Assembly: GCA_031409275.1 (NCBI GenBank)
Contig: JANNXA010000010.1
Location: 96,001-160,000, forward strand
Reading direction: 5' to 3'
DNA from: Planctomycetota bacterium
GTDB lineage: Bacteria; Planctomycetota; B15-G4; SIAN01
DNA length: 64,000 bases
Both the position numbers and the translations under genes were made by a program. The notes below the pieces were generated by a model. It worked only from the letters and a program-made list of their open reading frames with translations, was not told where the DNA came from and did not search any database. This document shows positions 52,976-62,708 of the stretch, one piece after another; position 1 is the first letter of the stretch; the number at the start of each line of letters is the position of its first letter.

Positions 52976-53485
52976 ATGCCTGCTGCTCGCCCCGCATTGA
53001 ATTCGCCGCTCACCCTGGCCGACCTCCGCCGCGCCCTTGACGACAAGGAGCGCGAGCTCCACGAACTGTGCGAGCGCAAGGAAGCGCTGGCGCGCGACCT
53101 CGACGAGATCGGCGAGACGTTGCAGGCGATGCTGGCCGGCGGCCACTCGGCGCCCGGCCGCAGCACGTCACTGCCCGCCGCGAAGTCGGCCGCTCCGGCC
53201 GCGCGTGCCCCCCGCCGCAAGGTCGAGCAGGAGAGTGGCGCGCTTCCTCGTGCTGGCCGCGAAGGGACCCTTCCGACCTTCATCCGCGCCGTCCTCGAGC
53301 GCGTGGTCGGGCCGCTGCGCGTCAGCGAGATCGTCGAAGCCGTTCGTCAAGCGGGCTATGCATCGAAGAGCGAGAACCTGAACATCATCGTGTCGAACCG
53401 CTTGAGCCAGATGGACGACATCGAGAAGGTCGAGCGCGGCCTCTACCAGTTGCGCCGCGGCGACGCGATCGACGCGACGAGCTGA
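52976..53485 (+). CDS. Coiled-coil + winged-helix putative DNA-binding protein
   Basis: Heptad-like LDDKERELHELCERKEALARDLDEI, an Ala/Lys/Arg linker, then PLRVSEIVEAVRQAGY...KVERGLYQL. GAGGG RBS. Confidence 0.65.
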   Translation: MPAARPALNSPLTLADLRRALDDKERELHELCERKEALARDLDEIGETLQAMLAGGHSAPGRSTSLPAAKSAAPAARAPRRKVEQESGALPRAGREGTLPTFIRAVLERVVGPLRVSEIVEAVRQAGYASKSENLNIIVSNRLSQMDDIEKVERGLYQLRRGDAIDATS

Positions 53486-53504
53486 CCCTAGCCACGCGAA
53501 GCCG

Positions 53505-54650
53505 TCACGCATCCGCGCGGCGGCAGAGTTCCTGCAAGGCGATCCCGCGGCAGTCGCCGCACTCGGCGACGCCCGCCGTGTACTGGGCAAGACAGCGCGG
53601 GCAATAGAGCCGCTCGGCGTTCGAAAGCGGCGGCGGCGGCGCCAACAGTTGCGCCTCGTCGAAGCCGGCCGCGCGAGCCGCGTCCCGCAACGCCTCGGCC
53701 CACGCGGCGGCGAAATCTCGCGAAGTCGCCGCTGCCTCCTGCGTCGCGCTCGAGTCGATCCGCGGCGTCATCGCCATCCGCAGTTCGCGCGCGAGCGCGG
53801 CGCTTGCCTGCTCGCGCGGGGTCGCGGCGAGAAGCGCCGCCACCGGATGGAAGCGCGCCAACAGCGGCCGCCCAAGCGCATCGAGCGCACGCACCGCCTG
53901 CAGCGGAGCGAGCGCGAAGGCGACGGCGTGGCGGCGGCGCTCGCGGACACGAGCGGGGTAGAGGCGCCGATGCGCTCGTACGAAGAGCGCGATCACCCAC
54001 GCGCTGTGGAGCGCGATCCCGGCCACCAGCCACGGCCACGCCGTCAGCAGGCCGAACGTGGCGGCGGCCGCCGGCAGCGCCACCGCCCACCACAGGAACG
54101 CGGCGTTGCACGCGACGCGCAATCCCGCGCTCGCCGACTCGAACGACTCGAGAGCCCGATCTGCGGCGGCGACGTCGAGCTTCTCCGACAGGCGTCGCGC
54201 GCGCGCCGCGCTGCGTGCACCCGCTGCGAGCGCCGCCAACTCCTGCAGCTCGCGCGCCGCCGACGCGGCCTCGTCGGGAGAGTCGCAGCGCACTCGCGTC
54301 GCGGCATCGAGGAGCAGGTCGTGGCCGTCGCTTCGCGGAGCGAAGTCGGCCGCGAACTCGATTCGCTTCGTGCCCGCGACCACTCCCTGCTCGCCGTCGA
54401 GCGCGACCACACCGCGCTCGTCGAAGGCGGCCACGAAGGCGCTGGTGACGTGGACTCGACCCAGCGTCGGCAGCCAGGGCGCGAGCACGATGCCGACCCG
54501 TTCGTTGCCAAGCAGCTCGGCAGGGCGCAGCGCGCGATAGTCCCGGCCGCGCCAGGCGCGCAGGACGGTGGCGCGACGCGGCACGACCAGCAACGCTTCC
54601 CAGAACGCGATGGCGGCCAGGACCGCGAAGAGCTCTTGCGTCGGGCTCAT
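53505..54650 (-). CDS. Membrane protein with a C-terminal zinc ribbon
   Basis: Several TM segments; terminal YCPRC..QY..G..ECGDC. Confidence 0.6.
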   Translation of the reverse strand: MSPTQELFAVLAAIAFWEALLVVPRRATVLRAWRGRDYRALRPAELLGNERVGIVLAPWLPTLGRVHVTSAFVAAFDERGVVALDGEQGVVAGTKRIEFAADFAPRSDGHDLLLDAATRVRCDSPDEAASAARELQELAALAAGARSAARARRLSEKLDVAAADRALESFESASAGLRVACNAAFLWWAVALPAAAATFGLLTAWPWLVAGIALHSAWVIALFVRAHRRLYPARVRERRRHAVAFALAPLQAVRALDALGRPLLARFHPVAALLAATPREQASAALARELRMAMTPRIDSSATQEAAATSRDFAAAWAEALRDAARAAGFDEAQLLAPPPPLSNAERLYCPRCLAQYTAGVAECGDCRGIALQELCRRADA

Positions 54651-54675
54651 CGCTGCGCACCGGCGTCCGCCGTCG

Positions 54676-55611
54676 TCACGGCGAGTCGGGCCTCTTGCTG
54701 CGCCCGGTGACGTATCGCCACACCGCGCCCGCACCCGCGACCACGGCGATCACGATGACTTTCGCGAACTTCGCCAGCTTGCCGAGCAATCCGAGCTTCC
54801 ACGCCGCGGCGGCTGCGCCTCCGACCACGAGCCCGGTGATGCCGAACTCGGCGATCGGATCGCCCTGCTTCCACTCCGCGTAGCGCTTGCCCTCGACGAA
54901 CTCGAAACCGGCCAGGAGCTCCCTGAACGGAGGCAGTGCGACCTCGACGTCTTCGGGCCGGCACAGCAGCGTCACGCTCATGAACCCGAAGCGACCGAGC
55001 ACCTTGACCAGGTAGTTGATCGACTCCCCCGATGGCGAGCGCACCAGGAGCCCCCATTCGAGGTTGTGGGTGACCGGGTCGTAGTGCGGGGGCGTCGTGA
55101 AACGCACGAGCTCGAGCGGCTCGAAGCCGCGCTTCTTGCGTTGCTCGTTGGCCTCCTCCTCCCCCTCCTTCATCTGCTCGAAGAGCTCTTCGGCGTCGAG
55201 CTTCTCGTCATCCTCCACCTTGCCGACTTCCGCCCACTCGAAGAGCGCCTGCCAATCTCCGGCACCTTCGGCCGTCGGCTCGACCAGGCCGAGCTCGCTG
55301 CCGTCGGTCAGGTTGCCCCAGTGTTCGAGGAGCTTGCGCGCGCCGACCCCGCCGGTGAACGCGTAGTCCGGTGGCACCCGAATCGTGGCGGCGCCGCCGA
55401 GCTTCCCGACCAGCGGCCCGTCCTCCCACGCGATGCTCGCGCGAACCTCGAGTTCCTGCGCGAGCGCCTTCTCGATCGCGGCCTCGTCGCCCGTCGGGTC
55501 GGTCGCTTCAACCTCCTGCGCGACGAGCGGCGGCGACGCCAAGTTCATCAAGAGGCTCGCCATGCACCACGCGAGCGGACACCACCGAGCAAGGGAAGCG
55601 GGCGCGGTCAT
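54676..55611 (-). CDS. DUF2167 domain protein
   Basis: PPHYDPVTHNLEW, INYLVKVLGRFG, F..GKRYAEW..GD.IAEFGITGLVVGG...KLGLL. Start may be 55563. Confidence 0.85.
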   Translation of the reverse strand: MTAPASLARWCPLAWCMASLLMNLASPPLVAQEVEATDPTGDEAAIEKALAQELEVRASIAWEDGPLVGKLGGAATIRVPPDYAFTGGVGARKLLEHWGNLTDGSELGLVEPTAEGAGDWQALFEWAEVGKVEDDEKLDAEELFEQMKEGEEEANEQRKKRGFEPLELVRFTTPPHYDPVTHNLEWGLLVRSPSGESINYLVKVLGRFGFMSVTLLCRPEDVEVALPPFRELLAGFEFVEGKRYAEWKQGDPIAEFGITGLVVGGAAAAAWKLGLLGKLAKFAKVIVIAVVAGAGAVWRYVTGRSKRPDSP

Positions 55612-55668
55612 CGTGAGACTCCAGGGATCGAATGGAGATCGGGAGTTTCGGCAGCGCGTGCGGCTCGC

Positions 55669-57822
55669 TCAGCCTTCGCAACGCTGCGCGAGGATCTCCG
55701 CGACGCGAACGACCAGGTCAACCCGGGTGAGTGGCTTGTGCAGGAACGAGTGTGCGTCGGCGCGGACGCCACGGCGCAGCACATCATCGTCCGTGTATCC
55801 CGAGACGAACAGGACCGGAACCTTGGCGTGCAGCCGGCGCACCTCTTCCGAGAGTTCGCGGCCGCCAAGTCCCGGCATCACGACGTCGGTGACCAGCAGG
55901 TCGAGCGTTGGCAGCTTCCGCGCGACGTCCAACGCGTCGCGCCCGTCGTGGGCGGTGACGACTTCGTGACCGGCGAGCTCGAGCCAGCGTTTGAGCAGCG
56001 GGCGCACCGCGTCATCGTCCTCGACCAGCAGCACTCGCGCGCTCGGCGCGGTCGGCGCGAGCGCCGCGGCATCGACTCGACCCCGGTCCGCTGCGGAAGC
56101 GCCAGCCGCCGCGGCGGGCAATTCGCAACAAGGGAAGCGCACACAGACCTGCGTGCCCTGCGCTGGAGCGCTTTCGATCGTCACGGTGCCTTGGGCGCCG
56201 TCCACGATCGCCTTGACCGTCGCCAACCCGATGCCGGAGTGGCGACCGTCCTCCTTGGTGGTGAAAAAGGGCTCGAACACACGCGCCAGCGTCGCGGCGT
56301 CCATGCCACTGCCGCTGTCGGCAACGCGCAGCTCCACCGCCGGTCGCTCGCGAAGCTGCGTCGCCGCGACCGAGATGGAGAGGCGGCCACCGGTCGGCAT
56401 CGCCTGGCGAGCGTTGATCGCGAGATTCAGCACGACCTGCGTCAGCTGCGCCGCATCGAGATGAACGCTGCCGCTGCCGCGGCGAGCGTCGATGGTCAGC
56501 GCGACGTCTTCGCCGATCAACCGGCGCAACAAGCCCCCCATCCCGTCGATCGCCGACGCCAAGTCGAGCGCGACCGGGACGACGAGCTGCCGACGCGTGA
56601 AGGCCAGGAGCTGTCCGACGAGCTGCGCGGCGCGCTCGGCCGCCGAGCGGATCTCCTCTGCGTTCAGCCGGACGTCATCGGCTGCTCCGCTTCCGTCGAG
56701 CAGGAGCTCCGTCGTGCCGAGCACGACGGTGAGGATGTTGTTCAGGTCGTGGGCGATGCCGCCCGCCAGCCGCCCCATCGCCTCGATGCGCTGCGATTCG
56801 CGCTGATGATCCTCGAACTCCTTTCGATCGGTGATGTCGAGGGCGAGGCTCACGTAGCCGAGGAAGCGGCCCGCGCCGTCGCGTCGCGCCACGCCGCGAT
56901 CGATCCACCAGCGCCAGCTGCCATCCTTGCGACGGATGCGGTATTCGAGCTCGAAGGGAAGCAGGTCGCGAGAGGCGCGTTGGTGCTCGGCGATCACGCG
57001 GGTCGCGTCGTCGGGATGGAGCCGATCGGCCCACGCCTCGAACGATCCATCGCGCCCGTCGGCGAAATCGCGCCACGCGCGATTGGCGAAGACGAGTGCG
57101 CCGGAGGCATCGGTGACCGCGAGCGCCATCGGCAGCTCGTCCGTGATCCGGCGGAAACGCTCCTCGCTCTCCTCCAGCCGCGCGCGCGACTCGGAGGCGG
57201 CGTTCTCCCTTCGGGACGATTCGCGCAACAGGGACAGCAGCAGCACGACGGCGAACAGCCCCGCGGCCGACACGCCCCACAACGAGAGGCTGCGTTCGTC
57301 GATGGCGAACTCGACCCCGACGACCTTGTCGACCGCTTCGCTTCCGAGTCGCTCGAGCTCGAGCTGCAACGCGCGCCCCGACCGCCGCACCTGGTGCAGC
57401 GGCTCGACATCGCCGCCGCGTCCGAGGAACGCCGTCCTCAACGCCTCGTGGTCCTTCACGAACCGATCGAGAAGAGGCGCCACGCTGGCGCGCGCGGCGA
57501 TCGCGAAGTCGCCGCTGCCATCGACGACGCGCCCGCTCACCAACTGCTCGCGAAACGCCACATCGAGCGACGGCGCGGGCGCTGCGGAGTCGTACCAGGC
57601 GCGATCCGCCTCATCGAGCGCGGCCGAGATCCCGGTTGCCGTGGACTGCAGCTGACTCATCGCGCACAGCAAGGTCCGCACCCCGGCGTGCTCGCGATCG
57701 CTGCGCACGTCGACGGCGATGCCCCAACACGCCGCACCAATCCAGAGGACGACTGCCGCCGCCAGCAGGTTGCGGCGAGCGAAACGGAAGCGTGGTTCCG
57801 GATGCGTGGTCTCGTCGGGCAT
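55669..57822 (-). CDS. PAS-domain hybrid sensor histidine kinase/response regulator
   Basis: Two TM segments, PAS/PAC (LHPDD, EYRIRRKDG), H-box GGIAHDLNN, NLAINA, DSGSGM, FEPFFTTK, receiver LLVTDVVMPG. Confidence 0.93.
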   Translation of the reverse strand: MPDETTHPEPRFRFARRNLLAAAVVLWIGAACWGIAVDVRSDREHAGVRTLLCAMSQLQSTATGISAALDEADRAWYDSAAPAPSLDVAFREQLVSGRVVDGSGDFAIAARASVAPLLDRFVKDHEALRTAFLGRGGDVEPLHQVRRSGRALQLELERLGSEAVDKVVGVEFAIDERSLSLWGVSAAGLFAVVLLLSLLRESSRRENAASESRARLEESEERFRRITDELPMALAVTDASGALVFANRAWRDFADGRDGSFEAWADRLHPDDATRVIAEHQRASRDLLPFELEYRIRRKDGSWRWWIDRGVARRDGAGRFLGYVSLALDITDRKEFEDHQRESQRIEAMGRLAGGIAHDLNNILTVVLGTTELLLDGSGAADDVRLNAEEIRSAAERAAQLVGQLLAFTRRQLVVPVALDLASAIDGMGGLLRRLIGEDVALTIDARRGSGSVHLDAAQLTQVVLNLAINARQAMPTGGRLSISVAATQLRERPAVELRVADSGSGMDAATLARVFEPFFTTKEDGRHSGIGLATVKAIVDGAQGTVTIESAPAQGTQVCVRFPCCELPAAAAGASAADRGRVDAAALAPTAPSARVLLVEDDDAVRPLLKRWLELAGHEVVTAHDGRDALDVARKLPTLDLLVTDVVMPGLGGRELSEEVRRLHAKVPVLFVSGYTDDDVLRRGVRADAHSFLHKPLTRVDLVVRVAEILAQRCEG

Positions 57823-57893
57823 GAGGGGGAAGAGCTTGCCGAGGCACCGCTTCTACGTAAATGGGTCGATCATGACCGCGTGTTGGAAGCAGC

Positions 57894-58508
57894 TCACCTG
57901 CGGTCCTTAGCCCTCGCATCGAACAAACCGCGCCTCTGCAGCTCCCCGCGCAACTGCACGGCGTCCTGGAAACGAACGGCGTCGAACCCCAGTCGCCGGG
58001 CCGTCTGGACGTTTCGTTCGACATCGTCGACGAAGAGGCAATCCCGCGGCCCGACCTCCAGCGTCCGCAAGGCGTGGAGATAGGCCTCCGGATCGGGTTT
58101 GCGACGGCGAGTAGCACAGGAGACGAACGTCCAGTCGGCAAAACGCGACAGACTCGTCCTTGCTTCGACCCGCCGCCACCACTCGGGATAGTTGCTGAAC
58201 AGGTGGGGTCGACGCCCCACCGCGTTCAAGTCGGCGAGCAGTGGCTCGATGCCCGGCAGCAGCCGGAATCCCTCCTCGAACGTGCTCAGCAATCTGGCGT
58301 GATCATAGGCGCGGCCATCGGCGAAGAATTGCGGCAGGAATTCCTCTTCGGTGAGATCGCCAAGCTCGAAGTCGATCCACGCGCTCGGATGCTTGGCGCG
58401 CAGGATCTCCTCGAATGGGAGTGCCAGCGCGCGTGGCAGATCGTCGTAGAACGGGTCGTGTACCAAGGTGCCCATCACGTCGAACAACAGTGTCGTCGGA
58501 GTGTCCAT
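57894..58508 (-). CDS. HAD-superfamily phosphatase
   Basis: LFDVMGTL, FSN, RKPDPEAY, FVDD...NV..A..LG. Confidence 0.88.
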   Translation of the reverse strand: MDTPTTLLFDVMGTLVHDPFYDDLPRALALPFEEILRAKHPSAWIDFELGDLTEEEFLPQFFADGRAYDHARLLSTFEEGFRLLPGIEPLLADLNAVGRRPHLFSNYPEWWRRVEARTSLSRFADWTFVSCATRRRKPDPEAYLHALRTLEVGPRDCLFVDDVERNVQTARRLGFDAVRFQDAVQLRGELQRRGLFDARAKDRR

Positions 58509-58554
58509 GACCGCGATCGTAGGCTCCCTCGTCGGCGACGCGAGGAACGGGACG

Positions 58555-60936
58555 ATGCGCAAGTGGTCGCGAGGCGTGCGCGGGACGCGGGCCGTCTGGC
58601 TCCTGCTCGTCGTTGCGTGCACCACGCCGCCTGCGGTCGATCGCCCCGAGCGCGCCTACTCCAGCTTCCGAGAGGCGCTGCGGCTCGACGCGCTCCACCT
58701 CGAATTGCCGGCCCTCGCGATCGCCATCGTCGATCGAGACTCGATCCTCTTCGAGGAGGCGATGCGGCGCGCGCCAGCCGACGGAGCCGCTGCCGAAGTC
58801 GCAGCGCTCGAGCCGCTGCCGGCGGACGCCCGCTTCCGCGCCGGATCGGTCAGCAAGATGTTCACGGCGATGGCGCTGCTGCAACTCGTCGAGGAAGGGC
58901 GACTCGACCTCGACGCACCCGTCGCCACGGCGCTGCCCGGATTCGCGCCGGCGAACCCCTTCCCGACCTCGCCCACCGTCCGTCAGCTCCTCGCGCACGA
59001 CTCCGGACTCGTACGCGAGCCGCCGCTCGGCAGCTACTTTGACGCCGCCACCCCATCGCTCGCCGCCACCGTCGAAAGCCTGAATGCGACGACGCTCGTC
59101 GACGCGCCGGGAACACGGACCAAGTACAGCAATGCGGCGGTCAGCGTCGCCGGCCGCCTCCTCGAAGTCGCGGGTGGCGCCCCGTTCGCCGAGGTGATGA
59201 GCGAGCGCGTGCTCGTGCCACTGGGCATGGCCGACAGCGCGTTCGGCGGCGACCCGTCGCGACTGGTGCCGGCAGCGATGTGGAGCTTCCACGGCGAGCC
59301 GTTCGCGGCGCCCACCTTCCCGTTCGGCATCGCCCCGGCCGCCAGCCTCGAGACAACGCTGCGAGATCTCGCCGTCGCAGCACAGGCGCTGCTGCGTGGC
59401 GGGCGCGAAACCGGCGGCGTACCGCTCGGCGCCGCCGCGTTCGCCGAGATGACGCGGCCGCAGGGTCCGGCGGGCCGTCACGGCGCATTCGGCTTCGGCC
59501 TCTGGATCGACACCTTCGAAGGAATGCGTCGCATCGGCCACGACGGCGCGGTCTACGGCTTCACGACGCAGCTGACGCTGCTTCCCGAGGAAGGGCTCGG
59601 CGTGGTGGTCCTCGCGGCGAAGGACTGCGTGCTGCCGTGGGTTCAGCGGATGACCGACGAGGCGCTGCGCCTCGCGCGCGCGGCACGGGATGGCCGCGCC
59701 GCGCCGTTGCTGGCAGAGCGCGCCGAGCAACCCTTCCCGGACCGCGCTCGCTGCGCCGGCCGATGGCGACAGGTCGACGGCCACGACGTCGTGGAGCTGA
59801 TCGTGCAGCGCGGAGAGTTGTGGCTCCACGACGAGGGCGCGCGCATCCGCGTCGTTCGCGGCGGCGATGGCGCGCTGCGCCGCGACGACCCCAAGCGCCT
59901 CTTCGCGCCGCTCACGGTGAGCGAGCTGCCGCAGGGCGACCTCGAACTCGAGATCGACGGCACCCGCTACCGCCGCGAAGCCGCGCCGCGACCGAGGCCC
60001 GCGCCGCCCGAGTGGCGCAAACTGCTCGGCGAGTATGGCTTCGACCACAACGTGCTGTGGATCCGCGAGGTCGAAGGCGAGCTGCATGCGCTCGTCGAGT
60101 GGTTCTTCGACTACGCAGTGAAACCGGCCGGCGCCGACCGATTCGACTTCCCCGACTTCGGCCTCTACCAGCGCGAGGCGCTGCGGTTCGTGCGCAGCGC
60201 CAACGGCGAGATCTCCGGAGTCGAGATGGCGGGCGTCTGGTTCCCGCGCCGCGCGATCGAACCGCCCGCCGGTGCGCCGTTTCGGGTGACGCCGACCGCG
60301 CCGCTCGCCGATCTGATGGCGCAAGCCGCGGCCGCGACGCTGCCGCCCGCGCTCGCAACGGCGAGGCGATCCGCCGATCTCGTCGACCTCGCCGCGTTCG
60401 TCCCCGGCCTGCGCTTCGACGTGCGATACGCGACGGAAGACAACTTCCTCGGCGCCGCGGTCTACGCCAGTGCGCGCGCCTTCCTGCAGCGTCCCGCCGC
60501 TGAAGCGCTGCGCCGCGTGCAGGAGGAGCTCGCGCGGCAAGGCTTCGGGTTGATCGTGCACGACGGCTATCGGCCGTGGCGCGTCACCAAGCTCTTCTGG
60601 GAGGCGACGCCACCCGAACTGCGCGCGATGGTCGCCGATCCGCAGCAGGGCTCGCGTCACAACCGCGGCTGCGCCGTCGATGCCTCGCTATGCGAGCTCA
60701 CGACCGGCGCGCCGCTGCCGATGCCAAGCAGCTACGACGAGTTCAGCGCGCGGGCCAATCCGTGGTATCCGGGCGGCAGCAGCGAGGAGCGCTTCGCTCG
60801 CGACACCCTGCGACGCGCCTTCGAGGCGGCGGGCTTCGCCGTGCACGACCACGAGTGGTGGCACTTCGACTTCGAAGGCTGGCGTGAGTGGCCGGTCCTC
60901 GATCGCACGTTCGAGCAGCTCGATGGCGCACGCTGA
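58555..60936 (+). CDS. Fusion lipoprotein: beta-lactamase-fold serine hydrolase + D-Ala-D-Ala dipeptidase (M15D/VanX-like)
   Basis: LLLVVAC lipobox; GSVSK, YSN, HDG; C-terminal DGYRP, SRHNRGCAVD, EWWHF. Confidence 0.9.
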   Translation: MRKWSRGVRGTRAVWLLLVVACTTPPAVDRPERAYSSFREALRLDALHLELPALAIAIVDRDSILFEEAMRRAPADGAAAEVAALEPLPADARFRAGSVSKMFTAMALLQLVEEGRLDLDAPVATALPGFAPANPFPTSPTVRQLLAHDSGLVREPPLGSYFDAATPSLAATVESLNATTLVDAPGTRTKYSNAAVSVAGRLLEVAGGAPFAEVMSERVLVPLGMADSAFGGDPSRLVPAAMWSFHGEPFAAPTFPFGIAPAASLETTLRDLAVAAQALLRGGRETGGVPLGAAAFAEMTRPQGPAGRHGAFGFGLWIDTFEGMRRIGHDGAVYGFTTQLTLLPEEGLGVVVLAAKDCVLPWVQRMTDEALRLARAARDGRAAPLLAERAEQPFPDRARCAGRWRQVDGHDVVELIVQRGELWLHDEGARIRVVRGGDGALRRDDPKRLFAPLTVSELPQGDLELEIDGTRYRREAAPRPRPAPPEWRKLLGEYGFDHNVLWIREVEGELHALVEWFFDYAVKPAGADRFDFPDFGLYQREALRFVRSANGEISGVEMAGVWFPRRAIEPPAGAPFRVTPTAPLADLMAQAAAATLPPALATARRSADLVDLAAFVPGLRFDVRYATEDNFLGAAVYASARAFLQRPAAEALRRVQEELARQGFGLIVHDGYRPWRVTKLFWEATPPELRAMVADPQQGSRHNRGCAVDASLCELTTGAPLPMPSSYDEFSARANPWYPGGSSEERFARDTLRRAFEAAGFAVHDHEWWHFDFEGWREWPVLDRTFEQLDGAR

Positions 60937-60964
60937 CAAGCGATCTTGCCGTTGAGCCGCCGCG

Positions 60965-62635
60965 TCAGGACCCGAGGCGCTGCACTCGCTCGCACTCGCG
61001 TGCCAGCGCAGCGAAGAGCGGCCGTTCGCCCCATTTCACGATCAGCTCCTGCGCGCGGCGCGTGAAGTCGGCGCGCACCCGCGCGTCGCCGAGGTAGCGC
61101 CGCTGCGCGGTCTGCAGCTGCAACTGCTCGATCGCTCCGGCGCCGCGCGCCGACGCCGCAAGCCACAGATGGACCAGCGCCGCCCCGATCGCGCCACGTG
61201 CCGCGAGGCACGCCCCGAGTTCCGCGTGCGCCTTGCCGTAGTCGGGTAGCCGCTCGATCGCGGCCTGCGCGTGCGGCGCCGCAGCGTCCGCCTCGCCGCG
61301 CTCGCGCAGCAGATGGGCCAGCGTGCATTCGACGCGCGCGCTCGCCGGAGCGACTCTTGCCGCCGCGGTGTAGAGCGTGAGCCCGTCGCGCCAATCGTTC
61401 GCCCGCACGGAGCTGCGCAGGCCGAGCGCTACCACGACCGCACCGCCGAGTGCGAACAGCGACTTGCGAGCGGCCGGCGCCACGACGAGTCGCGCGAGCG
61501 CGGCGACCAGCGCCAGCAAGAGGCCGATGGCGGGCAGCGTGAAGAGGCGCTCGCCCATCACCGTGCCCACTGGCCGCGAGATGTTGGAGATCAACCACCA
61601 GCTCCCGCCCGCCAGCAGCAGCCCGAACCACTCGGCGCGCCGGGACGCGCCTGCTCGCCACGCCGCGACGAGCCATGCGACGGACAGCAGCAAGGTCGCG
61701 ACACCCGCCGCGAACCACGGATCGCGCGGCGAAGCGAGCGGCGTGATCGCTGCGAACGACCAGTCGACGGACAGCGATTGCGGCCACAGGAGCTGCCCGA
61801 CGTGACGGCCGAGCACCGAGATGCCGGTGAAGAGGCGTGTCGCGAACGGCGCGTCGATCAGCGGGTTGTCGACGAACGCGGTCTCCTCCGGCGCGAAGCC
61901 GACGAAATCGCCAAAGACCCTGACCCGCAGCGCCAACGCAGCGAGCAGCGCAACCGCCAGCGCCAGCAGCAGCAGCAGCGGGCCGCGCGTGGATCTCGGT
62001 GCGCCGCCATCGATCGCTCGCGCTCGCAGCAGCAGCGCGAGCAACGCGGGCAGCGCCGCGAAGGCCCCCTCCTTCGAAAGCAACGCCGCACCGAAGCTCA
62101 TCAGCACGAGCAGCGCCTTCGCGCCGCCGCCACCGCCGCTCGCCAAGAGGAGCGCCGTGCACAGCACGCAAAGCGCCGCCTGCGTCTCGCTGCGGCTCAC
62201 GACTTCGAGCACGGCTTCGGAGAGGAGCGGGTGCGCGGCCACCAACCCGGTCAGCAGCAGCGCCGCCTGGAACGGCACCCCCAGGCGCAGTGCGAGTGCT
62301 CCAACGGCGGCAGCGGCCAGCGCCAACAGCGCAAGGTTGCCAACCCGCAGCGGGAGCGGCTCGCGTCCGGCGACGTGGATCGTCGCCTGGATCGAGAGCG
62401 CAGTGAGCGGTCGATAGAGACCACTGCGACCGCCTTGCGCCCAGAACTCCTCGCGAAAGTGGTCGCCCCACGCGACGGGCGATCGCGCGAATCGCTCGAC
62501 CTGGCCGAGATGGGCGACGTCGTCGCGCGTGAAGGGAAAGCGCAGCGAGCGGCCGTAGACCAGCCCCACCGTCAGCGCCGCGAGCGCGACGAGCAGGAAC
62601 AGGCGGCGCAGCACGACGGGTCGCTCGGGCGGCAT
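60965..62635 (-). CDS. TMTC-like membrane glycosyltransferase with TPR(s)
   Basis: FTRDD, LYRPL, HP..SEAV..VVSRSE, LLSKE, DNPL, LLWPQSLSVDWS, MGERLFTLP, RANDW, then TPR-like helices. Confidence 0.78.
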   Translation of the reverse strand: MPPERPVVLRRLFLLVALAALTVGLVYGRSLRFPFTRDDVAHLGQVERFARSPVAWGDHFREEFWAQGGRSGLYRPLTALSIQATIHVAGREPLPLRVGNLALLALAAAAVGALALRLGVPFQAALLLTGLVAAHPLLSEAVLEVVSRSETQAALCVLCTALLLASGGGGGAKALLVLMSFGAALLSKEGAFAALPALLALLLRARAIDGGAPRSTRGPLLLLLALAVALLAALALRVRVFGDFVGFAPEETAFVDNPLIDAPFATRLFTGISVLGRHVGQLLWPQSLSVDWSFAAITPLASPRDPWFAAGVATLLLSVAWLVAAWRAGASRRAEWFGLLLAGGSWWLISNISRPVGTVMGERLFTLPAIGLLLALVAALARLVVAPAARKSLFALGGAVVVALGLRSSVRANDWRDGLTLYTAAARVAPASARVECTLAHLLRERGEADAAAPHAQAAIERLPDYGKAHAELGACLAARGAIGAALVHLWLAASARGAGAIEQLQLQTAQRRYLGDARVRADFTRRAQELIVKWGERPLFAALARECERVQRLGS

Positions 62636-62708
62636 GGGCGTGGCATCGTATCGGCCGCGCAGGGAGGGCGATCCGCTCGACCGTCGCGCGTTTCGAGCGG
62701 AGGGTGGT

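Noticed and set aside
60350..60936. Vancomycin-resistance cluster
   Set aside because: Only a VanX-like domain is present, with no vanH/vanA/vanRS.
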